Source: Patescibacteria group bacterium
GTDB taxonomy: Bacteria; Patescibacteriota; Kazan-3B-28
Direction of reading: 5' to 3'
Length of the DNA stretch: 64,000 nucleotides
Assembly: GCA_041649135.1 (NCBI GenBank)
Contig: JBAZNQ010000002.1
Location: 143,702-207,701 of the forward strand
Below the pieces are notes generated by a model that saw only the letters and a program-made list of their open reading frames with translations, searched no databases and was not told where the DNA came from. The position numbers were made by a program, and so were the translations under genes. Of the stretch, positions 51,273 through 61,029 are shown piece after piece (the first letter of the stretch is position 1; each line of letters opens with the position of its first letter).

Positions 51273-51683
51273 ATGAACAATCACGACTTCAATCAATTAC
51301 CAATTCTACCAGATCCGTTGGAAAATCAGGCAACTCCTTTGCCAATTTCCACCGAACCACAAGTCGTCAACCAACGATCACTTCTCGCGACTCGCGACTC
51401 TTCACTCGCGACTCTCCATCCTCGTCGCAATTACCTTCGAGCGGGTCTAATTTTTGGTGGCGCGATCGCTATCCTGACGTTGGTTTTATTCGGTTCCCGT
51501 TTGATCGATCTACTGAATTTGCGCGGAACCAAAGCCGGCCAGTCAGTAATTTTAAATAGTGATAACTTTGTTGATGGAAATTGGTTTGAAAAAGATAGCG
51601 ACGGCAATCTTCATGAGGGGGACAGTCGCGTTCTATTTGAAGTCGTTGACGGTAAATTAGTACTGAATAACCCCGGTCAGTAA
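51273..51683 (+). CDS. Membrane-anchored small hypothetical protein whose N-terminal region is partly encoded by the GTCGCGA-type repeat
   Basis: SLLATRDSSLATLHP (same peptide module as in the mnmA insertion), then a TM segment (GLIFGGAIAILTLVLFG), then a small extracytoplasmic domain. Confidence 0.45.
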   Translation: MNNHDFNQLPILPDPLENQATPLPISTEPQVVNQRSLLATRDSSLATLHPRRNYLRAGLIFGGAIAILTLVLFGSRLIDLLNLRGTKAGQSVILNSDNFVDGNWFEKDSDGNLHEGDSRVLFEVVDGKLVLNNPGQ

Positions 51684-51697
51684 TTTTTGGTTCACAC

Positions 51698-54574
51698 ATG
51701 TCAACAATAAAACAAAAATTTAATTCTCTGATCCACCGCTATCCATGGGCGCTTCAGGTTAGTTTAGCTTTAGTAATCGCGCTTACTGCCATTGGTTCAT
51801 CCACCAACTTTGCCCATGCCGGATCCGGTCGGGTAGAAGTGATTGCCCCAACTGAAAAAGTCTGGTTTACCGGAATGTCGCCTGCTAGCACTATGCCGAT
51901 CTTATGGACTTTTGAAAGCGACACGATCGTTTCTTCTTCCACTACTGCCGACATCTGGCTTCAGGCTCAAACTACCAACGGTAACTGGTATAACAAATTG
52001 CCAATTGCCAGTAGCGTCCTCATGAATTCTAATCCTACCACCTATACTTGGGGGCTGGATGACGTGGCATTTGCTGGCGAAAGACAACGGATCGCCGTGA
52101 TCGTTTCTGAAACCAGTAACGGACAAACTTCCAAGTACACTGACTACAGCAACTTGCTTTACATTCGACAAGTTGGTGTTCATTTCATCACTCCATCTGC
52201 CGGCAGTCGGCTAGGCATGCATGAACTTTATCAAGTTAAATTTTACTGGTCTGATTTTGTGTCTCCCGTTACCCCATTTGCGGTCTTGGAGTACAAGGCA
52301 TCGGATGGTAGCTGGCAAGAAATTACCAAAAAGACTTATACCGCTTTTCTTGAAGATGCCATTGAATTGCGTTATTTCAACTGGGATACCCCGATATCCT
52401 CGGAAGAGTTTACCAGCCGGTTACGTCTGTCACTTTATACTCTGGACAACGACGGCGCCTACACGGTGTTATATGACCGAGCTGAAAGCGACGCGTTTAT
52501 CATTGCCCCCGGTATCGATTTTAGCGCTACTGGCATTGAACTAGTCCCGCAATCCAACCCTGCTGTAACAGACAGTTTGACTGATGTTGCAGTCGGTCTG
52601 CATTTTATCAATCGGAATCTTGGCATTACCGGTTTGGTAAAACTGTACGTTAGCATTCAGTTTTATGCCAACAATACTAGCAACGAAACAATTAATCCTC
52701 CCGTCGGCGATCTCATCACTCGTACTGTAACTATTAATACCGATAGCTTCGATAGTCAGGGGGATCTAACGGCTGTGGTCGAAGATGTGCCGATCCTAGC
52801 CCGCTACGCTTACATCAGAAGCCATATTGATCACGACAATTCCTATTTAGAATCTGACGAGAACAACAACTGGTACCCAAGCGACCAACCATCATTCTTC
52901 GAGGTCCCAAATTATTCTAGCGGAATTCCCATTGTCGGCGATCCATTATCCGCCACTTATTATTCTCAAAAACTGACGGAAGGATTAGTCGTTAATGGTA
53001 TCGGCCCGATCCGATTCGATAATTTTCAGGCCAATTTTAGTCAAACAGCCACCGATTCCGATGTTGACTTTGCGATTGGTTTCTTTAACGCTAGCGACCA
53101 ACCGGTTTATAACCAGACAGCAGACGGTTCAAGTTTTGATAGTGAAGGTTATTACTTAATTCCCGAAGCCGATGAATATCAATTGGCTGACGGATTTAAT
53201 CTGCCGACTACTTTCTTCGGGCAAACTAGCAAAGCCAACTTGGTGCGGTCGATCCGATTCCGCATCTTTATGGCTAGCGCAGATATTACTGCCACCGATC
53301 AGCCTTGGGTCCAAAGTGTTACGTTGCAATACACTGCCGCGGATACCACCACGATCGGTGTCATCAATTTTGTTGATCCTGCTGGTACTGATGGCAATGT
53401 TACCAAATCTATCCCTCGCGGTGGTACTGGCAGTTTTGATATCAAGATTACCCCCATGAACGATTTTGTCGGACAGGCAGTCATCAGAATTAGCGCCATT
53501 ACCCAAGTGGGTGGCAACGGCGATGATGTTACCGGCCAGATTCTGGCCATCGACATTCCTCAAACCGTTACTATCCCAACGGGTATCACTGAAGTTACCA
53601 CTACTGTTCACTTTACGGTTGCCAACGATCCAACTCTTTCGGGTGTCTATCAGTTTGAATTGAGCGGCTATGACACCCAGAATTCAAATGCCATCTTAAC
53701 TCCAACTGCTTTGGGCCGAATTAATATTAGCGGTGAAACCGGACCATTCAGTTTAGAAATTACTCCAACTACTACCGAAGTCATTCGTGGACAAAGCACC
53801 ACTTACGATATCACTCTGACTCGTGCCGACGATTTTACTGGTACTGTTACGCTCTCTCACAACCTCGCCACCATCTTCGGAACTGGTGTAACCGGCACCT
53901 TCTTTGATGACAATACTTTGAGTGGTAGCGACACTAGCGCCACTTTGACTGTTACCACCACTAATTCCGCCGCTTTAACTGATGCCCAATTATTTACCGT
54001 TACTGGTGCTGCTACGAACCAATCAGATCAAATCGCCACCGCTCAACTTGCTATTATCAGCTCGGATGATGCTCTGACATTGACCCTGACAATTCCAGTT
54101 GAGGGCGGCTTACCAACTGATTTGACCAAGCCACATCCTCGCTTTACTGTCCGGATTTATGATGGTCTGATCAACAAACTCGAACGAGTTGGCTTAAGCG
54201 CTAATGCTCAAGGGAAAGTTGTTTTAACTACGACTCGCACTACCTTGCCGGATAAAACTTACACGATCTACGCGCGCACCACTCGTCACCTATGGGGCAA
54301 ATCTACTACTCCCGCTACTTTAATTATCGATAGTGCCCATGATAGTTACACCGTTACTTTTCCAACATTGCAGGCTGGTGATCTAGACACCAATAACAAA
54401 GTCAACATGCAAGATATTAGTATCGACCAAACTTGGGCCAAGTACGGTCAAACTTTACTCGACGCTTTGGGCGACTTTAATAACGACGGCAAGATCAACA
54501 TCAATGACATCAGTTTTATCACTAACTTCAATTACGGCAAGTGGGGCGACCAGTTGCCAGATGAAACCCGTTAA
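51698..54574 (+). CDS. Large secreted protein (958 aa) with a C-terminal type-I dockerin domain
   Basis: Signal peptide; C-terminus GDLDTNNKVNMQDISIDQTWAKYG...GDFNNDGKININDISFITNF gives two canonical Ca-binding dockerin repeats (DxDxNxKVNxxD, DxNxDGxINxxD). Confidence 0.75.
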   Translation: MSTIKQKFNSLIHRYPWALQVSLALVIALTAIGSSTNFAHAGSGRVEVIAPTEKVWFTGMSPASTMPILWTFESDTIVSSSTTADIWLQAQTTNGNWYNKLPIASSVLMNSNPTTYTWGLDDVAFAGERQRIAVIVSETSNGQTSKYTDYSNLLYIRQVGVHFITPSAGSRLGMHELYQVKFYWSDFVSPVTPFAVLEYKASDGSWQEITKKTYTAFLEDAIELRYFNWDTPISSEEFTSRLRLSLYTLDNDGAYTVLYDRAESDAFIIAPGIDFSATGIELVPQSNPAVTDSLTDVAVGLHFINRNLGITGLVKLYVSIQFYANNTSNETINPPVGDLITRTVTINTDSFDSQGDLTAVVEDVPILARYAYIRSHIDHDNSYLESDENNNWYPSDQPSFFEVPNYSSGIPIVGDPLSATYYSQKLTEGLVVNGIGPIRFDNFQANFSQTATDSDVDFAIGFFNASDQPVYNQTADGSSFDSEGYYLIPEADEYQLADGFNLPTTFFGQTSKANLVRSIRFRIFMASADITATDQPWVQSVTLQYTAADTTTIGVINFVDPAGTDGNVTKSIPRGGTGSFDIKITPMNDFVGQAVIRISAITQVGGNGDDVTGQILAIDIPQTVTIPTGITEVTTTVHFTVANDPTLSGVYQFELSGYDTQNSNAILTPTALGRINISGETGPFSLEITPTTTEVIRGQSTTYDITLTRADDFTGTVTLSHNLATIFGTGVTGTFFDDNTLSGSDTSATLTVTTTNSAALTDAQLFTVTGAATNQSDQIATAQLAIISSDDALTLTLTIPVEGGLPTDLTKPHPRFTVRIYDGLINKLERVGLSANAQGKVVLTTTRTTLPDKTYTIYARTTRHLWGKSTTPATLIIDSAHDSYTVTFPTLQAGDLDTNNKVNMQDISIDQTWAKYGQTLLDALGDFNNDGKININDISFITNFNYGKWGDQLPDETR

Positions 54575-54662
54575 AGCCACTAGCCACTAGCCACTAGACT
54601 GTCTATTACCACCCATAATTAATCTTCCGCAACTATTCACTTTTAACTTTTCACTATCTTCC

Positions 54663-55853
54663 ATGGACCAACTCTTAAACCAACTACCATCACCCAATCT
54701 TCGCCACATTAATTGGCGGGGGATGGGATTGGCTCTTGTCGGCTTGATCGTGGCTGGTGGACTCTTAGTTTATTCTGGTGGGCTAGATCAGCTTTCTCAT
54801 ATCTTTGGTTCCAAGGCTGGGACTGACCAAACTCGGGTTTTGGCTGGTGTTGCTAATTTAACTGGTAGTGTTGGTGCTGAAAGCTGGGTGATCGGCACTT
54901 TGCCGGCCAGTTTCGACAATACTGCCGCTTTTGCCAACTCTGCCGATGTGCCGGGCTTCATGATACCGGAATCAAGTGCTACCGGATTTATTATGCCAGT
55001 CGTTCCTGACGCCGATGCTGATGCTGATGCTGATGCTGATGCTGATGCTGATGCTGATGCTGATGTCGCATTAATCTCTCCCAGCTATCGCTACCTCTCT
55101 CCAGCGCTTGATTTAGGTGACGGTCAACTCGAACTTTCCCAAATCGACATCTATGCTTATCTGCCAACCTCTACTGCGGTTGAGCTTGGTTATCGAGCTA
55201 GTGATGACTTGATGACACTTACCACCGCGACTATTCAATCATTCTCGGAAATTAATTTTGTCCCAGTTGCTGATGTAACTGATGTCCAAGTCGCTACTAT
55301 CTTAATGAGCCAATCAACGGGACGGTATTCCCAAGTCTCTGCTAATTTCTCCGCTTCTGGTGCTGAAAATCAGCCAGCAATTTATGGCTGGAAAATTCAA
55401 TATAGCGCTACGAGCACTACCGATGCAGACACGATCACCGACCTAACTGCCAATATTGATTCCACTACCGACAATACTATTACCATCGCTTATAGTGGCG
55501 GACCGGCTATTCCGACTGATGCCAAAATCGAGTTACTCGGTAGCGACATTGCTCTCAACCCGATGTATGGTCAAGACCAGCTTGACCTGACTTCTCACGA
55601 TGGTCAGTACACCTTTACTTTGTCTCTACCGACTGGCGCCTATACGATCATGGCTACTAGCGCCACTACCAAACCGATCATTGTTCCATTTATGCTGATC
55701 GCTGGTAAAGCCGCTAATATCGCTATTGGTGCCTTCGAATTGGCTCAAACTAGCTTCAATGACAGTCTGACTACCAATCCAGCCGACCTAAACCATGATG
55801 GGGTAGTTAACACTCTGGATGTCCAATTACTCTTTGAACAGTATGGTAAGTAA
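54663..55853 (+). CDS. Secreted or membrane-anchored protein with a (DA)n low-complexity tract and a C-terminal dockerin-like repeat
   Basis: N-terminal TM/signal; DADADADADADADADADADV encoded by (GATGCT)9; C-terminal ADLNHDGVVNTLDVQLLFEQYGK (dockerin-type Ca-binding segment). Confidence 0.65.
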   Translation: MDQLLNQLPSPNLRHINWRGMGLALVGLIVAGGLLVYSGGLDQLSHIFGSKAGTDQTRVLAGVANLTGSVGAESWVIGTLPASFDNTAAFANSADVPGFMIPESSATGFIMPVVPDADADADADADADADADADVALISPSYRYLSPALDLGDGQLELSQIDIYAYLPTSTAVELGYRASDDLMTLTTATIQSFSEINFVPVADVTDVQVATILMSQSTGRYSQVSANFSASGAENQPAIYGWKIQYSATSTTDADTITDLTANIDSTTDNTITIAYSGGPAIPTDAKIELLGSDIALNPMYGQDQLDLTSHDGQYTFTLSLPTGAYTIMATSATTKPIIVPFMLIAGKAANIAIGAFELAQTSFNDSLTTNPADLNHDGVVNTLDVQLLFEQYGK

Positions 55854-55919
55854 ACCTTGACAGAAAGAGGAAAGTGTAGTATAATAAAATAATCATTTGG
55901 CACCGAAACCAAAATAAAA

Positions 55920-56918
55920 ATGAAAAACTTGCTCAAGTCCAACCTGATGATAATGTATCTGGTAGCCGCTCTACCAGTTTTGGCTTACGCCACTATCGCC
56001 AATGCCGCCACTACTGCCGAAATGTTATTCGTGCCTGCTAGCGGTACTGTTGCGATCAATGGCAGCGATCAATTTACCGTCGATATTCAGGTCAAGATCG
56101 GTACTGGCAATGAATCGGCTGGAGCTGACGCAGTTGTTCAATTTGATACGGCTGATTTAGAATTTATTAGTGCTGAAAAAACCACCACCGGTAATCCAAC
56201 GGGATTCTACGGTAGCAATGGCTTATTTACTAGCACTCCTGCTGCCACCGCTAATTCTACTGGTGTGGTAGAGATTGGTCGGACTGCTGACCCGGGTAGC
56301 TATGCTACCGGTACCGGCATTATGGCCACTTTGACATTCAAATCAAAAGTTGCGGTCGGTAGTCAAATTAATTTAGATTTCGACTTTACCGCCGGTGTTA
56401 CTACCGACAGTAATGTCGCCGGTAGTGAAGGTGGTGTCGATCTGCTTAATAGCGTTACCGATGCCGTGCTGACTATTGCCGAAGGCTCCACTACTACCCC
56501 AGCTATCACTGCTATCAGCCCGACTCACGGAGATAAATCTCTGGCTCAATCAATTGTTATTACTGGTACTAATTTCGGGACGCAAGGTACCAATTCGAAA
56601 GTTTATATCGGTACCAAATTAGCTACCGTGTCAGCGTGGAGCGATACTCAAATTACTATTCAGGTGCCATCTGAACCAGATCTAACCGCCAGTAGCACTC
56701 GTCAGATCAAAGTCCATCGTGATGATGCTCAAGAAGCTACTTACACCGGCTACACTTACGATCTACCGCTACCAGAGAACGGTCCGGAAGTCTTTATCTA
56801 TTTCGGTCTTGCCATGTCCGCCTTCGGTCTGGCTGGTGTGTCGTATCAAAAGTTATTCGGTGGCAAACCAAAGGCCGATGAAATGTTAAATTCAGAATTA
56901 AACGATAGTAACTTATAA
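55920..56918 (+). CDS. Membrane-anchored scaffold-like protein: signal peptide, cohesin-like domain, IPT/TIG-like domain, C-terminal TM anchor
   Basis: FTVDIQVKIGTGNESAGADAVVQFDTADLEFISAEKTTTGNPTG...IMATLTFKSKVAVGSQINLDFDF is cohesin-like; AITAISPTHGDKSLAQSIVITGTNFGTQ...ITIQVPS is IPT/TIG-like; C-terminal VFIYFGLAMSAFGLAGV plus KK. Confidence 0.6.
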   Translation: MKNLLKSNLMIMYLVAALPVLAYATIANAATTAEMLFVPASGTVAINGSDQFTVDIQVKIGTGNESAGADAVVQFDTADLEFISAEKTTTGNPTGFYGSNGLFTSTPAATANSTGVVEIGRTADPGSYATGTGIMATLTFKSKVAVGSQINLDFDFTAGVTTDSNVAGSEGGVDLLNSVTDAVLTIAEGSTTTPAITAISPTHGDKSLAQSIVITGTNFGTQGTNSKVYIGTKLATVSAWSDTQITIQVPSEPDLTASSTRQIKVHRDDAQEATYTGYTYDLPLPENGPEVFIYFGLAMSAFGLAGVSYQKLFGGKPKADEMLNSELNDSNL

Positions 56919-56927
56919 ATTACAATT

Positions 56928-57383
56928 ATGGCAATCGAATCCGGATATCCGTCGGAATACCCACGTCAAGAACAACCAAAGTCTGAACGAGAAAGACTAG
57001 ATATGGCCGTAGCAGAGACAGAGGGTAAAATACGACACATGCTAGATGTTGTTCCAGACAGCGCCCTTCTTGGTGTCGGGTCTTATGAGCTAGCAGTTTC
57101 CTATAATAAGAGAGTAATTGATAGGCTGCGAGCTGAACTCGAAGACCGAAAGCGACGCAGAGATGAACTCGATGGCCAGACTCGACAGGAATCAGAAGTT
57201 GAACAAACTACCGCTTCAAGCACCAAAGAACAGACAAGTGGTGAGGCTGGGGGAGAAGTGACAACTCAAGCTGGCGACGCTGTAGAGGTACAATCGTCTT
57301 CAGAAGCAGCGGAAATCAAAGCGGCAGAACAAACCCTAGAAAATCTTTATAACGATTCCGAAGCTGGCGGCCCGGCTAGCTAA
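56928..57383 (+). CDS. Acidic coiled-coil hypothetical protein
   Basis: ORF only; Glu/Ala-rich. Confidence 0.4.
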   Translation: MAIESGYPSEYPRQEQPKSERERLDMAVAETEGKIRHMLDVVPDSALLGVGSYELAVSYNKRVIDRLRAELEDRKRRRDELDGQTRQESEVEQTTASSTKEQTSGEAGGEVTTQAGDAVEVQSSSEAAEIKAAEQTLENLYNDSEAGGPAS

Positions 57384-57433
57384 CCTTTCGCAAGCACATT
57401 ATAATCAACGTATAAAGTTCTAAATTAACTACT

Positions 57434-58030
57434 ATGGATTTCGAACAAGGACAATTGGGCTCGGAAGATGACAATGAATTTCGGCCGGACGGAAGTGCTA
57501 AAGAAGGTTACACTTCGCATGACGAACAACATGACTTACCAACCGAAAAACAACCAGGATCTTCAGAGGATGAGCAGAAGAGAGAAGCTGAAGAAGCTGA
57601 AAGAGCTCGGGTTAGAGATTTGTCCGAGGTGGAGCTGATTCGAGAGATGAGTGTTTGTACTGATCAACTAGCAGAGCTCGGTCAACTCGATGAATCATAT
57701 GCTGATGTTGTTGCCAATCCTGGGCGTGAAGGTGATTTTCAGATCCTTGTAGATGAGGATAGACGCAGAACCCAAGAACTCGGCGAGAAATTTATTGCTG
57801 AAGCCCGTGACAAACAACAAGGAAGAGGCTATTTTGATAGCAGGATTGCAGTTGTGGAAGTCACACTTGTCGCACGAGAAGCTCGGGCTGAATTTTCATC
57901 AATCTCCGACAAGGTAATCAGAGCAGCGACGACACGTGAGGTCAGGAGCAGGAACGAGCGTCTTCGTGCCGAAGCCCGTCGTAAGTATCTTGGTGCTGTT
58001 GCAGCTTATCAGTCGCTGTCCAGAGCGTAG
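57434..58030 (+). CDS. Acidic hypothetical protein
   Basis: ORF only; a highly charged N-terminus followed by Arg-rich helices. Confidence 0.4.
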   Translation: MDFEQGQLGSEDDNEFRPDGSAKEGYTSHDEQHDLPTEKQPGSSEDEQKREAEEAERARVRDLSEVELIREMSVCTDQLAELGQLDESYADVVANPGREGDFQILVDEDRRRTQELGEKFIAEARDKQQGRGYFDSRIAVVEVTLVAREARAEFSSISDKVIRAATTREVRSRNERLRAEARRKYLGAVAAYQSLSRA

Positions 58031-58246
58031 GCCTGACAAGAGCGCAGAATTACCTTTCGGACAGAGTTGCATTGATGTTATCGTGCTCTGTTCATCCCAC
58101 CCCCTTGAGGATAACTCCCAAGGGATTTTGGGTTGATGCCACATTCTAATCCGTCTATGACCTTATCAGAATGACGGAATGAATTCAGCATGATAAAAAT
58201 GTACTACCCCCTAGATACTAGATACTAGATACTAGATACTAAAGGT

Positions 58247-59527
58247 ATGCGTAATTTTGCCGACGAAACTAAATTCGAGGTCAAGGCTGGGGATGGCGGT
58301 AATGGCGCCATCTCTCTTCGGCATGAGAAATATGTGAACAAGGGCGGTCCTGATGGCGGTGACGGTGGTGACGGCGGCAATGTGGTGTTGATGGCTGACC
58401 ATAATCTCAATACGCTGGTTGATCTGACTCGTCGGAAAGTTTATCAGGCCGATTCCGGCAAAGCTGGTGCCAAACAAAAATCTGCCGGCAAGTCTGGTGA
58501 AGATTTAATCTTGAAAGTTCCGATCGGCACTCAAGTTTTTGAAATTAATGAGACGGGTGATAAGGTTCAAGAATTTTTAATCGCTGATTTAACTCGTGAT
58601 GGCGAGAAGTTTATTTTGGCCAAAGGTGGGGAAGGGGGCTACGGCAATGCCCATTTTGCGAGGGCTAGTTTCCAAACCCCGCGCTTTGCCGAGCTCGGCA
58701 CGCCGGGTGAAGAACGAGAAGTCGTGCTGAAATTAAAAATCGTTGCCGATGTTGGTTTAATCGGTTTGCCCAACGTTGGTAAATCTACTTTGCTATCAGT
58801 TATTTCCAATGCTCGCCCGAAAATTGCCGATTACGAATTTACCACGCTAGTCCCTAATCTCGGTATCGCAAGATACAAAGACAAGAGCATCGTGATCGCC
58901 GACATCCCCGGCCTTATCGAAGGCGCTTCCGAAGGCAAAGGATTGGGGATTAAATTTCTTCGCCATATTGAACGTACAAAAATGCTGGTTCACTTGTTAG
59001 ATGCGACCAAACCGAATCCCAAACAGGCTTTTACTGCTATCAATAAAGAACTTAAAGCTTATAGTCCGGAGCTCGCCAAACGGCCACAGATCGTAGTCTT
59101 CAACAAAATCGACGCCATCGATGCGACCAAGCTAGCTCAACTCAAAAAACTGAAATTTAACGTCGCAGCGACGATCTTTATTTCCGCTGTTGCCCACACT
59201 TATGTAGAAGACCTGTTGCGGGCGATACTGAAATATCTTCCAAAGATTACCCGACTCGATCGGGAAGCACCGTTAAAGATCTTTACCGTTAACGACTTGT
59301 CTCGGCTTCGGTTTGAAGTAGTCAAACACGGAAACTACTATCTGGTGAAAGGACCAGCGCAGGAAAAGTTGGCGATAAAAACCGACTTTACAAATGAGCA
59401 GGCAGCCGGTAGATTCTGGAAGGTGCTGAAAAGGATGGGCGTCTGGGGCACTCTCAAAAAGGCCGGTGCCACACGAGGTGATATAATCAAGCTCGGCTCA
59501 ATTTCCACCGAATTTGAAGACATCTAA
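58247..59527 (+). CDS. obg: GTPase Obg/CgtA
   Basis: Obg fold Gly-rich N-domain (FADETKFEVKAGDGGNGAISLRHEKYVNKGGPDGGDGGDGGNVV); G-domain (GLIGLPNVGKSTLL, DIPGLIEGA, NKID); C-terminal OCT/TGS-like domain. Confidence 0.9.
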   Translation: MRNFADETKFEVKAGDGGNGAISLRHEKYVNKGGPDGGDGGDGGNVVLMADHNLNTLVDLTRRKVYQADSGKAGAKQKSAGKSGEDLILKVPIGTQVFEINETGDKVQEFLIADLTRDGEKFILAKGGEGGYGNAHFARASFQTPRFAELGTPGEEREVVLKLKIVADVGLIGLPNVGKSTLLSVISNARPKIADYEFTTLVPNLGIARYKDKSIVIADIPGLIEGASEGKGLGIKFLRHIERTKMLVHLLDATKPNPKQAFTAINKELKAYSPELAKRPQIVVFNKIDAIDATKLAQLKKLKFNVAATIFISAVAHTYVEDLLRAILKYLPKITRLDREAPLKIFTVNDLSRLRFEVVKHGNYYLVKGPAQEKLAIKTDFTNEQAAGRFWKVLKRMGVWGTLKKAGATRGDIIKLGSISTEFEDI

Positions 59528-59621
59528 AACAGCAAAGCTGTAATATCCAATTTCCAATAACCAATAACAAGTTAAATAACAAATCACAAACAAGCACCAA
59601 ATGACAATTACCAAAATAGCT

Positions 59622-59650
59622 GTCATCCCCGCGTAGACGGGGATCCAGAA
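59622..59650. repeat. MITE/REP-like hairpin core
   Basis: GTCATCCCCGCGTAGACGGGGATCCAGAAAATAAAAC. Confidence 0.5.
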
Positions 59651-59711
59651 AATAAAACAAACAAGGATTGCCCTTATTGGGTATTGAAAACTAACCACGA
59701 AGTAGTTTTAA

Positions 59712-59787
59712 GGGCGATTAGCTCAGTTGGTAGAGCGCTACATTCGCATTGTAGAGGCCACCGGTTCGAATCCGGTATCGTCCACCA
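59712..59787 (+). tRNA. tRNA-Ala (anticodon CGC) with a G3:U70 identity pair
   Basis: GGGCGATTAGCTCAGTTGGTAGAGCGCTACATTCGCATTGTAGAGGCCACCGGTTCGAATCCGGTATCGTCCACCA. Confidence 0.8.
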
Positions 59788-59811
59788 CAAAAAACCGCTT
59801 TCGTTGAGACC

Positions 59812-60921
59812 GTGCGGGAAGCCATGATGAAAGCTGGCTATGGGCAATATACCGGCGAGTTCCATCGGTGGCTTACGTCGTACGACACGGAAGACCCGGC
59901 CGCGATGTTACAGTTGCGTCGGAGCGCTAAACTCATCCTGGACAACCTGTGCGAGTTTCGTGCTACCCTCTATGCCAAGGCAGTTGAGCACAAGGACACC
60001 TTAATGATTGCCCGGACTCACGGGCAGCTGGCTGAACCTGACAGTTTTGGCCGGCTCTTACTCGATTTCGTCGAAGCCTGCGACCAGGCTATTAGACGTC
60101 TCGAGTACATCATCGACAGCGAATTGAGCTTCGCCAAATTGTCTGGCGCTATCGGCAGCTACGCTGGTCTGGACCCAGAGCTGGAACGCGAGACTCTGCG
60201 AATACTCGACTTGGAACCCGTGCGGGTATCCACCCAAATCATGGCGCGCGATCGTCACTCTACCTACATGGATGAGCTGGCGACTATCGGCGGGACTCTT
60301 CAGAGGTTGGCTGAAACTCTGTGGGTGATGTCGCATGGACTGATTGCCGAAGTTCGGGAACCGCGTAAGGCCAAGCAGAAGGGCAGCTCGGCCATGCCAC
60401 AAAAGCGGAACCCGATTTGGCTGGAGCGGACTCGTGGTCTAGCTCGGCTTCTGCGTGGCTACGCGTCCAGCATGAAGGAGTCAATCGCCACACCAGAGTG
60501 TCGCGATATTTCCCAGTCGTGCGTCGAGCGAGTCGTCTTCCCAGATGCTACCAGCTTGGTCTACTATTTGCTGGAGAAATGGACCAAGGTTATCGAGGGG
60601 CTAGAAGTCTTCCCAGACACTATGGAAGAAAATCTCGCGAGAGCCTACGACACTTGGGCCGCCCAGCGAGTTAAGGTTGCCTTGACTGATGCCGGTGTCA
60701 ATCCGGAGCAGGTCTACGACCTCGTCCAAGACGCTTCGTTCAAGGCTATCGAGACTCGCCAGTCGCTGGCCGTGATTCTGCGAGACAGACCAATCGATCT
60801 TGGCAGGGTCTCTCCGAGCGTTGCTGAAGTCATCGGTCCAGAGAAGTTCAGCAAGCTGTTTGATCCTAAGGATTACATCAAGAACGGCATTGACGTAATC
60901 TACGAACGTTTCGCGGTGTAA
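59812..60921 (+). pseudogene. purB: Adenylosuccinate lyase (PurB / fumarate-lyase family) remnant lacking roughly the first 65-70 aa; GC-rich relative to its surroundings
   Basis: Family signature GSSAMPQKRNP at residue 195 of 369, plus ARTHGQLAEP. A full-length PurB has this signature at about residue 262-290, so the N-terminal domain is missing. The ORF begins 25 nt after tRNA-Ala. Confidence 0.5.
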
Positions 60922-60948
60922 GTACCACCAGAGCCGTAACCTCCAAAA

Positions 60949-60977
60949 GAACCCCCGCTATCCGGCGGGGGTTTTTT
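60949..60977 (+). terminator. Rho-independent terminator
   Basis: AACCCCCGC-tatccg-GCGGGGGTT followed by TTTTT. Confidence 0.6.
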
Positions 60978-61029
60978 AATTCGACTCCAAATAGCTAATT
61001 TTTATAGTCCCAGACTATATTTTGGCTAT

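Noticed and set aside
59812-60921. Full-length functional purB
   Set aside because: The family signature sits about 70 residues too close to the N-terminus, so the N-terminal catalytic region is absent. Called as a truncated remnant instead.
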